A program made the translations under genes and the position numbers. DNA of 58,488 bases from an uncultured Gemmatimonadota bacterium. GTDB taxonomy: Bacteria; Blakebacterota; Blakebacteria; Blakebacterales; Blakebacteraceae. The notes beneath the pieces were generated by a model, which saw nothing but the letters and a program-made list of their open reading frames with translations, was not told the DNA's origin and searched no databases. Below are positions 1 to 9,257 of the stretch, piece by piece. The DNA lies in NCBI GenBank assembly GCA_964576115.1, contig CAZNUA010000022.1, forward strand, positions 1 to 58,488. Direction: 5' to 3'. Positions within the stretch are counted from its first letter, which is position 1; each line of letters opens with the position of its first letter.

Positions 1-579
1 GAGCCGCCGGCGCATCCGTTCCACATGCGAGCCCGACCAGTAGATGCGTCCGCACGCGAAGCAGCGGCGGAAGGAGGTTCGGGTCTCCAGGACCGGTTCG
101 GGGAGTTCGCCGCGCACGCTCTGGGCCGTGACCGTTTCGAGCGGTTCGTTGCAGAGCGTGCAGCGCGTGAAGAGCCGTTTGCTCCAGGGCAGGGCGAACC
201 GTTCGACAACCTGCCGCAACTGCTCCATGGGATCGTCGGTCTCGAGCAGCATGCAGGTATCGATCCACCACTGCCGCGGCAGGGCTCGATCGCGGGTCAG
301 AAGAATACGTTTCTCGTCGATCGATATCCGGACCAGATCGGCATCGGCGATTCCGTCGATGTAGGCGGTGTCGCACCCGATGATGCGCAGCCAGCGAGCC
401 AGACGACCGAGCATGACGTCGGCCGCAAAGCGTACCTCCTGCGGGGGTGGCGTCCGCCCCCCGGACAGGATCTTCATCTCCCGTCCCACCCGGGTTCCGC
501 AGGCGCACTCGATCGTGCGGCCGTAGGCAAAAAGGGTAATGTCGTATTCACGTCCGCAGCGGGGGCAGAAGACCGACAT
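1..579 (-). CDS. Mut7-C RNase (PIN + Zn-ribbon) domain protein with an extra N-terminal Zn ribbon; runs off the window edge
   Basis: Absent from the ORF track because there is no stop in the window. Manual translation from ATG at 579 gives MSVFCPRCGREYDITLFAYGRTIECACG...FAADVMLGRLARWLRIIGCDT...ILLTRDR...FTRCTLCN...FRRCFACGRIYWSGSH. DxMLGRLARWLR, LLTRD, RCxxCN and CxxCGRIYWxGSH are Mut7-C hallmarks. Confidence 0.85.
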   Translation of the reverse strand, partial: MSVFCPRCGREYDITLFAYGRTIECACGTRVGREMKILSGGRTPPPQEVRFAADVMLGRLARWLRIIGCDTAYIDGIADADLVRISIDEKRILLTRDRALPRQWWIDTCMLLETDDPMEQLRQVVERFALPWSKRLFTRCTLCNEPLETVTAQSVRGELPEPVLETRTSFRRCFACGRIYWSGSHVERMRRRL

Positions 580-826
580 TTCTCCCGTACCGGTCAGAGC
601 CAGTCCGACATCTGATCAGGGTAGGCGGTCGGGGATCCGGAAGCCAAGATGGAACCGAACTCGGATCCGCCAGGCTCCCGGGCGGAAAGGTAAACGTTCG
701 CGTCTGATCGGACGTCTCTCACGTGAAGAAAAGGAGACCTCCGGACCTATAAACCAACAGAGGTTCAGAGGTCTGTTCGAAGCCCGCAACACCCCGGGGG
801 AGCAACCGGTCCGAGAAGACAGCGTG

Positions 827-2518
827 ATGAGGTTCGTGAAGTGGCAAGCCGCCGGTTTCGCCCGGCATCGGCGGTCCGTTGAAAGCGGACCTCCTCGTCC
901 AGTGCCTCCACATCCTGCTCGCCGCACCGTTTTCTTCTCCCGCTCCCGTATCGGGTCCCTCCTGCTGGTCTCGACCCTGTGGGCCGGTCTGCCCGCAGCC
1001 GGTCCCTCGTCCCGGGCTCAGATTGCGATCGACACGCCTGAAGACAGTACGCCGGTCATCGCTGTAGGTGTCGGCACCGGTATCGTAGCCTACCGGTTCG
1101 ATCGGCTGCGCGACGACTACGCCGTCGTCTGGGAAAGCGCTCCGACGGGACGGTTCGATTTTCAGAACGCCGATACCCACTGGCAACCTTCCTTCGGCGA
1201 TCCCGACGGTGACGGCGAGATCGAACTGGTGAGCGTCGATCAATGGATGCTGCATGTCTGGGGCGATCGGGGCGCCGGCTCGGTACACGCTGAGATCTCC
1301 GCCGTGCCCTTCACCCATACCGCCACCGCTGTAGCCGACGCCGACGGCGACGGCCGCGACGAAATCCTGGTCGGGTGGAAAGACCGCCTCATGATCTGGA
1401 CCTACGACGGCGCTTCTCTGACTCAAGCCAGTGAGATAAGCGTCTCGTCCGCTCCACAGGCCATGATCTGGAACATCAACGTGGCTGATATCGACGCCGA
1501 TCCCCGTCCGGAAATCGTTGTCGGCGGCACCCTGAGCAACGGAACCGATATCGTCCTGGGCGTACTCGAGTACGCCGCCGGCCGGCTCACCCTCGAGACG
1601 ACGATCCCGGTTCACTGGTACGCCGACGTGACCCGCCTGTACGACTTCGACGCCGACGGCCGCCCCGAGATCTTCACTTCGGGGAACAATCAGCGGATTC
1701 TCGGACTGCGTTTTGATGACCGGCTGGGCAGTTTCACACCTTTCTGGCAGAGCGAGAACCTGGACGGTTTCATCCAGGGCCTGGCGCTGGGCGATCTGGA
1801 TGCCGATGGCCGAACCGAAATCGTGGCGGGCACGTACGTCTACCCGAAACGTCACAACAGCCCGCCGCGGCTCAGCATCTTCAGCGATCCCGGCACCGGT
1901 GTGCCCGAACTGGTCTACCAGACCGAGTCGCCGCAGGTCGGTTATCCCGGTCTGCTGATCCGTGACCTCGACGGTGATGCCCGGGCCGAACTTCTGGTCA
2001 ACGGCACGCGCGTCTACGAGATCGGACGCGGTCCGGGCGGGGCCTGGCTCTGCAGCCACACCCACCGGCTGGGGACGGTGGCCGAACGCCCCGGCGAAGT
2101 ACAGCCGAACGCCGCCGTTACAGCCCGGTTTTCCCCCACCGGCCAGCCGGGAGCGCAGCCGGTGATCCTGGTCCAGCTGCTACTGGTCACGAGCGGCGGC
2201 AGCGGCACGACCCTCGGCATCGGGCAGAACGTCAGCCTGGCTCTCAAAGCCGAGAACGTCGGCTGGGAGGCCCACGGACTGACCTTCCACCTGCGCTGCG
2301 ACGATCCCCGGGTCACTCTGCTCACCGATACCTGGGAGTTCGGGTTCCTGAACGCCTATGCCGATGTGGACAACCTCGGTGATCCCTTCGAACTTCGGAT
2401 ACGTCCCGACGCCGCTCCGGGAGTGATCACCCTGCACGTCGATATCACCACCGACAACGGTTTGCGTCTTACCCGCACCTTCACCGACTTCCGGATCGAC
2501 ACCTTCAGGCATCCCTGA
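827..2518 (+). CDS. Secreted FG-GAP/VCBS-repeat beta-propeller protein with C-terminal Ig-like domain
   Basis: Repeated DxDGDGxxE(I/L) motifs (DPDGDGEIEL, DADGDGRDEI, DIDADPRPEI, DFDADGRPEI, DLDADGRTEI, DLDGDARAEL) and a hydrophobic signal-like segment. The start is uncertain (827 or later); the track start at 539 overlaps the divergent gene. Confidence 0.75.
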   Translation: MRFVKWQAAGFARHRRSVESGPPRPVPPHPARRTVFFSRSRIGSLLLVSTLWAGLPAAGPSSRAQIAIDTPEDSTPVIAVGVGTGIVAYRFDRLRDDYAVVWESAPTGRFDFQNADTHWQPSFGDPDGDGEIELVSVDQWMLHVWGDRGAGSVHAEISAVPFTHTATAVADADGDGRDEILVGWKDRLMIWTYDGASLTQASEISVSSAPQAMIWNINVADIDADPRPEIVVGGTLSNGTDIVLGVLEYAAGRLTLETTIPVHWYADVTRLYDFDADGRPEIFTSGNNQRILGLRFDDRLGSFTPFWQSENLDGFIQGLALGDLDADGRTEIVAGTYVYPKRHNSPPRLSIFSDPGTGVPELVYQTESPQVGYPGLLIRDLDGDARAELLVNGTRVYEIGRGPGGAWLCSHTHRLGTVAERPGEVQPNAAVTARFSPTGQPGAQPVILVQLLLVTSGGSGTTLGIGQNVSLALKAENVGWEAHGLTFHLRCDDPRVTLLTDTWEFGFLNAYADVDNLGDPFELRIRPDAAPGVITLHVDITTDNGLRLTRTFTDFRIDTFRHP

Positions 2519-2581
2519 CCGCGGCCCGGCTGGCCCGTCCCGTCTTGATCCGGGCCGGGTAGCGCAGTAAGGTCGCTTGAG

Positions 2582-3007
2582 ATGGTCGGCCCCGTGCGCA
2601 CCCATTCGCCCGAGATACGCAACACGGTCCAGAGGCGACCGGGTGCGCTGGCAGAGGATCTCACCGCCGCTGCCGAAGCGACCGGCGAACTTGCCTGCGG
2701 GCGGGGGTCGCCCGCCCTGGTCAACGATCTTTCCCTGACACGATTGATGGTTCCGACCCTTGAGAGTGTACTCGGAAAAGGGAATGTACTCGAACGGCCG
2801 CCGTCGATGGGGGATGAAGACTTCGCCATCTTCGCCGGCGAAGGACCGGGCTTCTTCTTCTGGCTCGGCGTTGTGAAAGAGGGTACAGTTACCGGACCGC
2901 ACCACTCGCCGTCCTTCCGGGCCGATGACACTGCGATCCCGGTCGGGATACGGGCGAGGTGCAATCTGACTGTGGACTATCTCCGTCTGCATCCGGATCC
3001 GCGCTAA
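2582..3007 (+). pseudogene. C-terminal remnant of an M20D amidohydrolase
   Basis: MGDEDFAIF..PGFFFWLG...PHHSPSF..DDTAIPVG matches the M20D C-terminus. The N-terminal metal-binding motifs are absent and there is an in-frame stop at 2546-2548 upstream. Confidence 0.65.
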
Positions 3008-3018
3008 GGAGGCCGAGA

Positions 3019-3447
3019 ATGCGATTCCCACTCTCACCGAAAGGCCGGTGGCGCCCTCTGGTCACGGCCCTGATCATCTTCGGTACCGCCGGGGCCATCG
3101 GTTGCGCCGCCGCGGCGCCGAACCTGAACCAGCCGCGCATCCGGAACAAACTCGACCTGCGCCTGCAGAACGCTCTGGGCGGCAGTACGGTCGGCGAAAC
3201 TCTCGGGGAATACATCCGGGTGCTGGTCAAACTCGAGAGCGACGGTACCGATGACGATCTCGCCCAGCTCAAGACGATCGGCGCTACCTCTCCCTTCACC
3301 GGCGCCATCACCACCATGACTCTCGAACCGGCCCGGGTCATCGACCTGGCGGTCCTGGACAGGGTCGTCTCCATCGAGCTCGAGTCACCGAACGCCCCCA
3401 AACCCAATCTGCCCCCACCCCCGCCTGCAGCAGGAGACATGTTGTGA
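3019..3447 (+). CDS. Small exported (probable lipo)protein resembling a subtilase prodomain
   Basis: AAGGAGG RBS before ATG 3019; hydrophobic leader ending AIGC; visible similarity to the prodomain of the downstream S8 protease; stop overlaps the S8 start. Confidence 0.7.
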   Translation: MRFPLSPKGRWRPLVTALIIFGTAGAIGCAAAAPNLNQPRIRNKLDLRLQNALGGSTVGETLGEYIRVLVKLESDGTDDDLAQLKTIGATSPFTGAITTMTLEPARVIDLAVLDRVVSIELESPNAPKPNLPPPPPAAGDML

Positions 3448-6374
3448 TGCGTCGCTTGCGTACCATGCCGTCGGCGGCTCTCGGATCGGTGTTCCTGGCC
3501 CTGCTTCTGGTCGCCGCCGCCCCGCAGGAACGTCCCGAACTGAACCGGCTCGATCCTTCCCTGAGTATGGCGCTGATGAAAATGCAGCCTCTCGAACAGA
3601 TCGGCCGTCCGGGAGAGATACCCCTCCTGGCCCGGAGCCTGGGTGTCTCTGAAGGTCCGCCTGGAGCCTCTGAACCATGGGTCGATGTGCTCATCCGCGG
3701 ACCGGGGGCGGAATCGGCGATCCGAATGGCCGGCGGGCTTCCGGGGAGTCGTCTGGGCGGCGTGACGACCGCCCGGCTGCCTCTGAGCCAGGTCGCCGGG
3801 GTGGCCGCCGCCGCCGGCATCCACTATGTGGAAGCGGCGGTCCGCTGCTACCCCACCCTGGAGGCAAGCGTGCCGGAGACGGGGGCCAATATGGTCCACG
3901 ACACCTACGGCGAAAAGGGTGCCGGGGTGCTCGTCGCCGTCTACGATACGGGGATCGACTTCACGCATCCCGATTTCATCAAGGCCGACGGGATGACCCG
4001 AATTGCGTTCCTCTGGGATCAGAGCGACAACAGCGGCACGGCCCCGACGGGGTACGCCTACGGATCGGAATGGACCGCGGCCCAGATCAACGACGAGATC
4101 GACGGTTCGCCGGTCGGGCTTGTTACCCAGCAGGACATCAACGGGCACGGAACCCACGTGGCCGGGATTGCCGCCGGGAACGGACGGGCGACCGGAAACG
4201 GAGTTGACGCCGGCACCTACACCGGCATGGCGCCCGAGGCCGATCTGCTCATCATCAAAGGCGGAGACAACAGTTTCTCTTCAGCCGACGTTCAGGACGG
4301 CGTGGCCTGGGCCGTTGCGAAAGCAGCCGCCCTCGGTCAGCCGGTGGTGATCAACCTGAGCCTCGGCGGTCACGGCTACGCCCACGACGGCACCTCTCTG
4401 TACGAGCAGGCTCTCAACAGCGCTTCGGGAGCGGGGAGCATTATCGTCGCTGCGGCCGGGAACGAAGCCGACGACCTGATCCACGGCCGGGCGACCGTCA
4501 ATGAGGTCCAGGCCGTTCCGAAAGACTCGATCGGGATCGAAATCAGCAGCTACACCCCGTCGAGCGGAACCGGGAACGACTACGTCAAGCTCGATATCTG
4601 GTACTCAGGCACGGCCGGTGTCAGGATGGTTGTACGCTCCCCCAACGGCCACGCCTACGGCCCTATCGATCCGGGCAATCTCTCCTTTACGAGCGATCAC
4701 GCCGACGGCCACATCTCAGCCGCCTCCTCGAGCGCCCCGAACGCCAACAACGGCGACAAGGAAGCGATCATCGCCATTGACGACCAGACGGCCGGTCAGG
4801 AACCGGTCGCGGGCACCTGGTGGGTCGTCTTCGAGCTGTTGAGCGGCGAGGAAGTGACCATCGACACCTGGATCTACGACAATACTCTCAACGGGACGAT
4901 TTCGGGAGGTACGGCCGATTACAGCATCGCCGTCCCGGCCTGTGCCGAAGAAGTCATCGCGGTGGGCTCTTACGTAAGCACGTGGGGCTGGACGGCCCTC
5001 AACGGCCTGGGATACTCCTACCTCGGTTCCTCGCGGTTGGGAGATTACAGCACTTTCTCGAGCTGGGGTCCCACCCGTGACGGCCGCACCAAGCCCGACA
5101 TCATGGCCCCCGGGCAGGGCATCTTCGCCGCCCTCTCGACTCAGATGTCGACCGCACCCGACAGCTCCCATATCGCCCCCGACGGCGTTCACCGCGTCAA
5201 CCAGGGTACCTCCCAGGCCGCCCCGCACGTGGCCGGGGCGGTGGCCCTGATGCTGGGCACGTCGGCCAGCCTGACCCCGACTCAGGTGCTCACCGCCCTG
5301 CAGAACGGAGCCGAGAGCGACAGCTACACCGGTACGGTTCCGAACAACACCTGGGGAGTGGGCAAACTCGACGCCCGCGAGTCATACGAACTGGCGACCG
5401 GAACCACGGATGCCACGCCCCCCGACGTCACCATCGGTTTGCTGCGCAATACCGTTCTGACCGAATACCTCGATCTCTACGTCTGGCCCCGTGAAACTCT
5501 CCCGGACATTCCGAGCCTCTGGGTATCGAGCACGAGCGGGGATGACACCCTGACCACCGAACTGATTTCCACCGAAGACGGTCCGCTCTACGTGGCTGAC
5601 TACCTGATCCCGGCGGCGGGGAACTACACCCTGAACGCCCTGGTCTTCGATGCCGCCGGCAACGACTCCATCCACACCCGGAACTTCTCGGCTGCCGGCG
5701 CAGGTCTGGGCGGAGGGATGCTGGTCAGCGCCGACGGGATCATGACCGCCACCTTCACATCGGGCGCCCTGGCGTCGGGCGGGTACGTGATCGCCACACC
5801 ATTCAGAACCCGTCCGGGGGAGACGATGGCGGCCGGAGTCGAAGAGGGACTCTCGCCGGCCTACCGGTTGATCCCCGAGGGAGCCTCGCTCGACCGTAAA
5901 GCCCGGCTCTCCTTCGCGTACGATCCCGCCCGCCTTGGCAGCGCGTCTCCGGAGGACCTGCGGATCTGCCGCTGGACCGGCGAAGCGTGGACAGCGGTCG
6001 AGAGCTGGACGGACACCGAGCGACGTCGGGTCGAGGCCTCGATCACCGAACTGGGCATCTATCAGCTCAGGATCGATGAAACGGTCGGGTTCGATCTGAG
6101 CTTCGGGCTCGAACAGAACTATCCCAACCCCTTCAACGGATCAACCCGGATACGCTACACCCTGGCCCGTTCCGCCGATGTGTCGATCACGATCCTCAAC
6201 GTGCGGGGGCAGCGGGTACGCACTCTGGTGGATCGTCACCAGAGCGCCGGCCGTCACATCGTGTCCTGGGACGGTCGCGGTGAGGGGGGTCGGGATCTGG
6301 CATCAGGGATCTACCTCGTCGTCATGAGAACCGACCGACAGGTCTTCACCCGTAAGGTGCTGTTGCTGCAGTAA
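3444..6374 (+). CDS. Secreted S8 (Csp-like) serine protease with inserted domain and C-terminal FlgD-Ig/T9SS-type sorting domain
   Basis: Catalytic motifs YDTGID, HGTHVAG and GTSQAAPHVAG; oxyanion AAGN; C-terminus LEQNYPNPFN...WDG....LASGIY...RKVLLLQ. Confidence 0.92.
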   Translation: MMRRLRTMPSAALGSVFLALLLVAAAPQERPELNRLDPSLSMALMKMQPLEQIGRPGEIPLLARSLGVSEGPPGASEPWVDVLIRGPGAESAIRMAGGLPGSRLGGVTTARLPLSQVAGVAAAAGIHYVEAAVRCYPTLEASVPETGANMVHDTYGEKGAGVLVAVYDTGIDFTHPDFIKADGMTRIAFLWDQSDNSGTAPTGYAYGSEWTAAQINDEIDGSPVGLVTQQDINGHGTHVAGIAAGNGRATGNGVDAGTYTGMAPEADLLIIKGGDNSFSSADVQDGVAWAVAKAAALGQPVVINLSLGGHGYAHDGTSLYEQALNSASGAGSIIVAAAGNEADDLIHGRATVNEVQAVPKDSIGIEISSYTPSSGTGNDYVKLDIWYSGTAGVRMVVRSPNGHAYGPIDPGNLSFTSDHADGHISAASSSAPNANNGDKEAIIAIDDQTAGQEPVAGTWWVVFELLSGEEVTIDTWIYDNTLNGTISGGTADYSIAVPACAEEVIAVGSYVSTWGWTALNGLGYSYLGSSRLGDYSTFSSWGPTRDGRTKPDIMAPGQGIFAALSTQMSTAPDSSHIAPDGVHRVNQGTSQAAPHVAGAVALMLGTSASLTPTQVLTALQNGAESDSYTGTVPNNTWGVGKLDARESYELATGTTDATPPDVTIGLLRNTVLTEYLDLYVWPRETLPDIPSLWVSSTSGDDTLTTELISTEDGPLYVADYLIPAAGNYTLNALVFDAAGNDSIHTRNFSAAGAGLGGGMLVSADGIMTATFTSGALASGGYVIATPFRTRPGETMAAGVEEGLSPAYRLIPEGASLDRKARLSFAYDPARLGSASPEDLRICRWTGEAWTAVESWTDTERRRVEASITELGIYQLRIDETVGFDLSFGLEQNYPNPFNGSTRIRYTLARSADVSITILNVRGQRVRTLVDRHQSAGRHIVSWDGRGEGGRDLASGIYLVVMRTDRQVFTRKVLLLQ

Positions 6375-6396
6375 CGCCCTCAGGAGGAGTCGAACG

Positions 6397-7074
6397 ATGA
6401 AGCGAGAGATGACACTGCCGGGCAAAGAAAGCTGGATCGTTCCTCTGATCCTCGCCGTGGCGGTCGCGGCCGGCGCCTGCAACACCGCTCCACCCGAGGA
6501 CGGCGGCGGCGGTTCCGGCCCTGACGTATCGGCCACCATCGCGCTGGGCTGGACAGCCTGGGAGGCGGCCGATTACAGCACCGCCTTCGATCACTTTGAA
6601 GACGCTTTCAGCCAGAACGCCACCAGCGCCGAGGCCCGCAACGGCCTCGGCTGGGCGGAGCTTTTCCGCGGGCACATGAGTCAGGCGATCTACCATTTCG
6701 ACTACGCCATGTACCTGCAACTGCCCGTCTTCGACGCTCACCTGGGGATGGCGATCGCCCTGCGCGACTCGGCCCACTACTCCAACGCCATTCTCACCGC
6801 CCAGCAGATCCTCGAGGCGATCCCCCGCTACGAGTTCTCGCACCGCACCTCGATCAACTGGAAGGATCTGCGCCTGCTCATCGCCGCCTGTGCCATCAGG
6901 CGCGGCGAGGATTATTTCGATCTGGCCCAGGCGAACGTGGATAGTCTCGATCCGGGCAACGGGCTCGATCCAGATACTCCGGCGACCTGGGTCGTGGGCT
7001 CTACGACCTACGACTCGTACCCCGAGGCCCTGATCAAGAAAATCGAAGCCCTCGAAGCCGTCATAGATCCGTAG
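6397..7074 (+). CDS. TPR-containing lipoprotein
   Basis: Lipobox AGAC; TPR-like helices (LGWTAWEAADYSTA, AEARNGLGWAEL, DAHLGMA); AGGAGG RBS. Confidence 0.75.
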   Translation: MKREMTLPGKESWIVPLILAVAVAAGACNTAPPEDGGGGSGPDVSATIALGWTAWEAADYSTAFDHFEDAFSQNATSAEARNGLGWAELFRGHMSQAIYHFDYAMYLQLPVFDAHLGMAIALRDSAHYSNAILTAQQILEAIPRYEFSHRTSINWKDLRLLIAACAIRRGEDYFDLAQANVDSLDPGNGLDPDTPATWVVGSTTYDSYPEALIKKIEALEAVIDP

Positions 7075-7100
7075 CAGCGGGCATTGTGCACCGATGAAAA

Positions 7101-7126
7101 AAAGGGCCGGTTCAAACCGGCCCTTT
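7101..7126. terminator. Bidirectional intrinsic terminator between convergent genes
   Basis: AAAGGGCCGGT-TCAA-ACCGGCCCTTT perfect inverted repeat with an A-run on the left and a T-rich tail on the right. Confidence 0.8.
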
Positions 7127-7138
7127 CTGTTGGTGGGG

Positions 7139-8065
7139 CTACTGTCCGCGCATGGTCTCGAGCAGGAAAGCGATGTCCTCCGCCGTCATCCGTCGGGCCG
7201 CGGCCTTCATCACCTCGCCGAACCAGGCGATCTCCCAGTCGGCGACGGGGAAACCGACGTTGCGCTCCTCCTCGTTGAAGCAGTCTGCCACGACTGAACC
7301 GTCAGGATCGAGCACATAGAAAACAGGGATCCCGCCGTAGTCTCCGGCGTACCGCTGCTTGACTTCCATCCCCCCGACGGTCCGTGCCTGATCGATCTCG
7401 AGCACGATCAGGTCCTTGTCGATCACCGGGGCGACATCCTCACGTGCAAGCCAGGCTTCCAGCCGGCCGCACCAGCCTCACGTCGGCGCCCCGAAGGTCA
7501 GGAAGAGACGTTTATCCTCCCGCCCGGCCCGGTCGAGAGCGTTGGCCAGCAGCGCCTCGGCCTCCGGGTAGGGGGCCTGATGGGTTTCGAGGAAATCCAG
7601 AACCAGGGCTGGATCGTGGTGATCCCCCTCTTCGAGCGAGCCGGTATCCTGGTTGGCCAGCACACTTCCGTCAGCGGCAAGTACGGTCAGGTAAGGCACT
7701 CCGCTGCCCTGGATGTCGGCCCCGTAGCGTTCCACCAGGTCGAGGTGCTTGTCCCAGCGGCCGATGTCCACGGTTACAACCTCGTACTCGTAGAGAATTT
7801 TGCGGGCGATCGTACGATCGGTCCGGAACAGGTCGTGCAGTTTGATACACCAGCCGCACCAGTTCCCACCCCACTGGATAAGCACCCGTTTGTTCTTGCG
7901 GGCCGCAACAGCGAGCGCGGCGGCGATATCGGCTCCGGCATCGGCCGCCTCATCGTAGACCGGCAGCCGCTCGGGCGATGAGTCCTGCTGGGCCGTCAGA
8001 CCGGTCGGGCAGGCCAGAACCAGGGTGACGAGGGTCAGAATGGATACACGGACAGAGTGGTACAC
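7139..8065 (-). CDS. Exported tandem-thioredoxin protein, probable selenoprotein (CGWC domain + UGWC domain)
   Basis: Track ORFs 7478..8149 and 7139..7426 are in the same frame and separated only by TGA 7478-7480. Read-through gives FLTFGAPT-U-GWCGRLEAWL, aligning with domain 1 LIQWGGNW-C-GWCIKL. GTG start at 8065 after GGGAG; signal peptide; cis-Pro-like motifs GVP and GIP. Confidence 0.85.
7444..7472 (-). promoter_or_regulatory. Candidate bacterial SECIS element
   Basis: After the UGA: GUGC-GGCC-GGCU-[GGA]-AGCC-U-GGCU-U-GCAC hairpin. The apical loop starts with G 18 nt after the UGA. Confidence 0.65.
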
Positions 8066-8084
8066 GGCGGTCTCCCTTCCCGGT

Positions 8085-9257
8085 TCAGATCTTGATGAAG
8101 ATGCGACGCCGATAAAGTAGAGCCGCCACGGCCAGCCACAACAGTACATTTGCCATCGCGAAGGCGAGCGAACCGTTCATCTCCCCCGCCCAGGGGACGA
8201 AGAGGTGTCGGTAGAGCCAGCTGTAGAGCGAGAGGGGATCGCCGGCTGCAGCCCCGACCTGGATCCGGATCGCCAGCTTGACCACGAGACCCGACCCGAC
8301 GAAGAGAGCCAGCGGGTTGAGGCCGAAGAGGATGGCCGGCCGGGCCCAGCGGGTCAGCCCCCTGACCTCGATCAGCCAGTAGCAGATCGCCAGCAGTTCG
8401 AGCGCGGCGCCGGCCGTGTAGAGCACATACGAGCTGGTCCAGAGGGCTTTGTTGATGGGGAACACCAGACCCCAGACCGCCCCGGCAGCGATCCCCCCCC
8501 ACCCCAGGACGAACATCCGGTTCACGATTTCTTCCCGCGGTCGCCCCGAGGTCAGCAGGTGACCGGTCAGCACACCCGCCAGCACGGTCGCCACGGCGGG
8601 GATGGTACTGAGCAATCCCTCGGGATCGTAGAGAGCACGCCAGGTGTGACCCGCAAAAAGGGTGCGGTCGAGCCAGGCCGCCAGGTTTCCCTCCAGGCTC
8701 AGGTCCGCGGCTCCGTACCCGGGCACCGGAACCAGGGTCATCATCGCCCAGTAGACCAGCAGGAGACCCGCCGCGATCGCACCCTGAGTCCGCCGGCCGG
8801 TGTACAGGACGATCAGGGCGGCGGCGCCGTAGGCCAGGGCGATCCGCTGCAGGACCCCGAAATAACGCAAGGTGCCGAAATCGAAACGGGGAAAGGCGTT
8901 CAGGAACAGGCCGAGGGCGAAGATCAGCAGAGTGCGGCGCAGCACCTTGCGCTGCAGTTCGCGGCGACCGGCGCCCCGTTCGCGGTGCCGGGTGAACGAG
9001 AGGACGATCGCCACCCCGACGATGAACAGAAAGAAGGGGAAGACGAGGTCGGTGAGAGTGCAGCCGTGCCACTCGGCGTGCCGCAGGGGGGGATAGACGT
9101 ACGACCAGCTGCCCGGATTGTTGACCAGGATCATCCCCGCGATGGTCAAGCCCCGGAAGGCGTCGAGAGAGGCGAGCCGACCGGGGATGGGGGATAGAAC
9201 CGTGGAGCCGGGACCGGCCGGAGCAACTCCGGCCGGTCCAGACCCCGGATGATTCAC
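8085..9257 (-). CDS. Heparan-alpha-glucosaminide N-acetyltransferase-like (HGSNAT/DUF5009, NagX-like) membrane protein
   Basis: [59 protein letters not shown] and [12 protein letters not shown] motifs. Confidence 0.9.
   Translation of the reverse strand: MNHPGSGPAGVAPAGPGSTVLSPIPGRLASLDAFRGLTIAGMILVNNPGSWSYVYPPLRHAEWHGCTLTDLVFPFFLFIVGVAIVLSFTRHRERGAGRRELQRKVLRRTLLIFALGLFLNAFPRFDFGTLRYFGVLQRIALAYGAAALIVLYTGRRTQGAIAAGLLLVYWAMMTLVPVPGYGAADLSLEGNLAAWLDRTLFAGHTWRALYDPEGLLSTIPAVATVLAGVLTGHLLTSGRPREEIVNRMFVLGWGGIAAGAVWGLVFPINKALWTSSYVLYTAGAALELLAICYWLIEVRGLTRWARPAILFGLNPLALFVGSGLVVKLAIRIQVGAAAGDPLSLYSWLYRHLFVPWAGEMNGSLAFAMANVLLWLAVAALLYRRRIFIKI

Noticed and set aside
25-615. Plus-strand ORFs 25..615 and 44..364
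   Set aside because: They are antisense shadows of the minus-strand Mut7-C gene, which carries clear family motifs.
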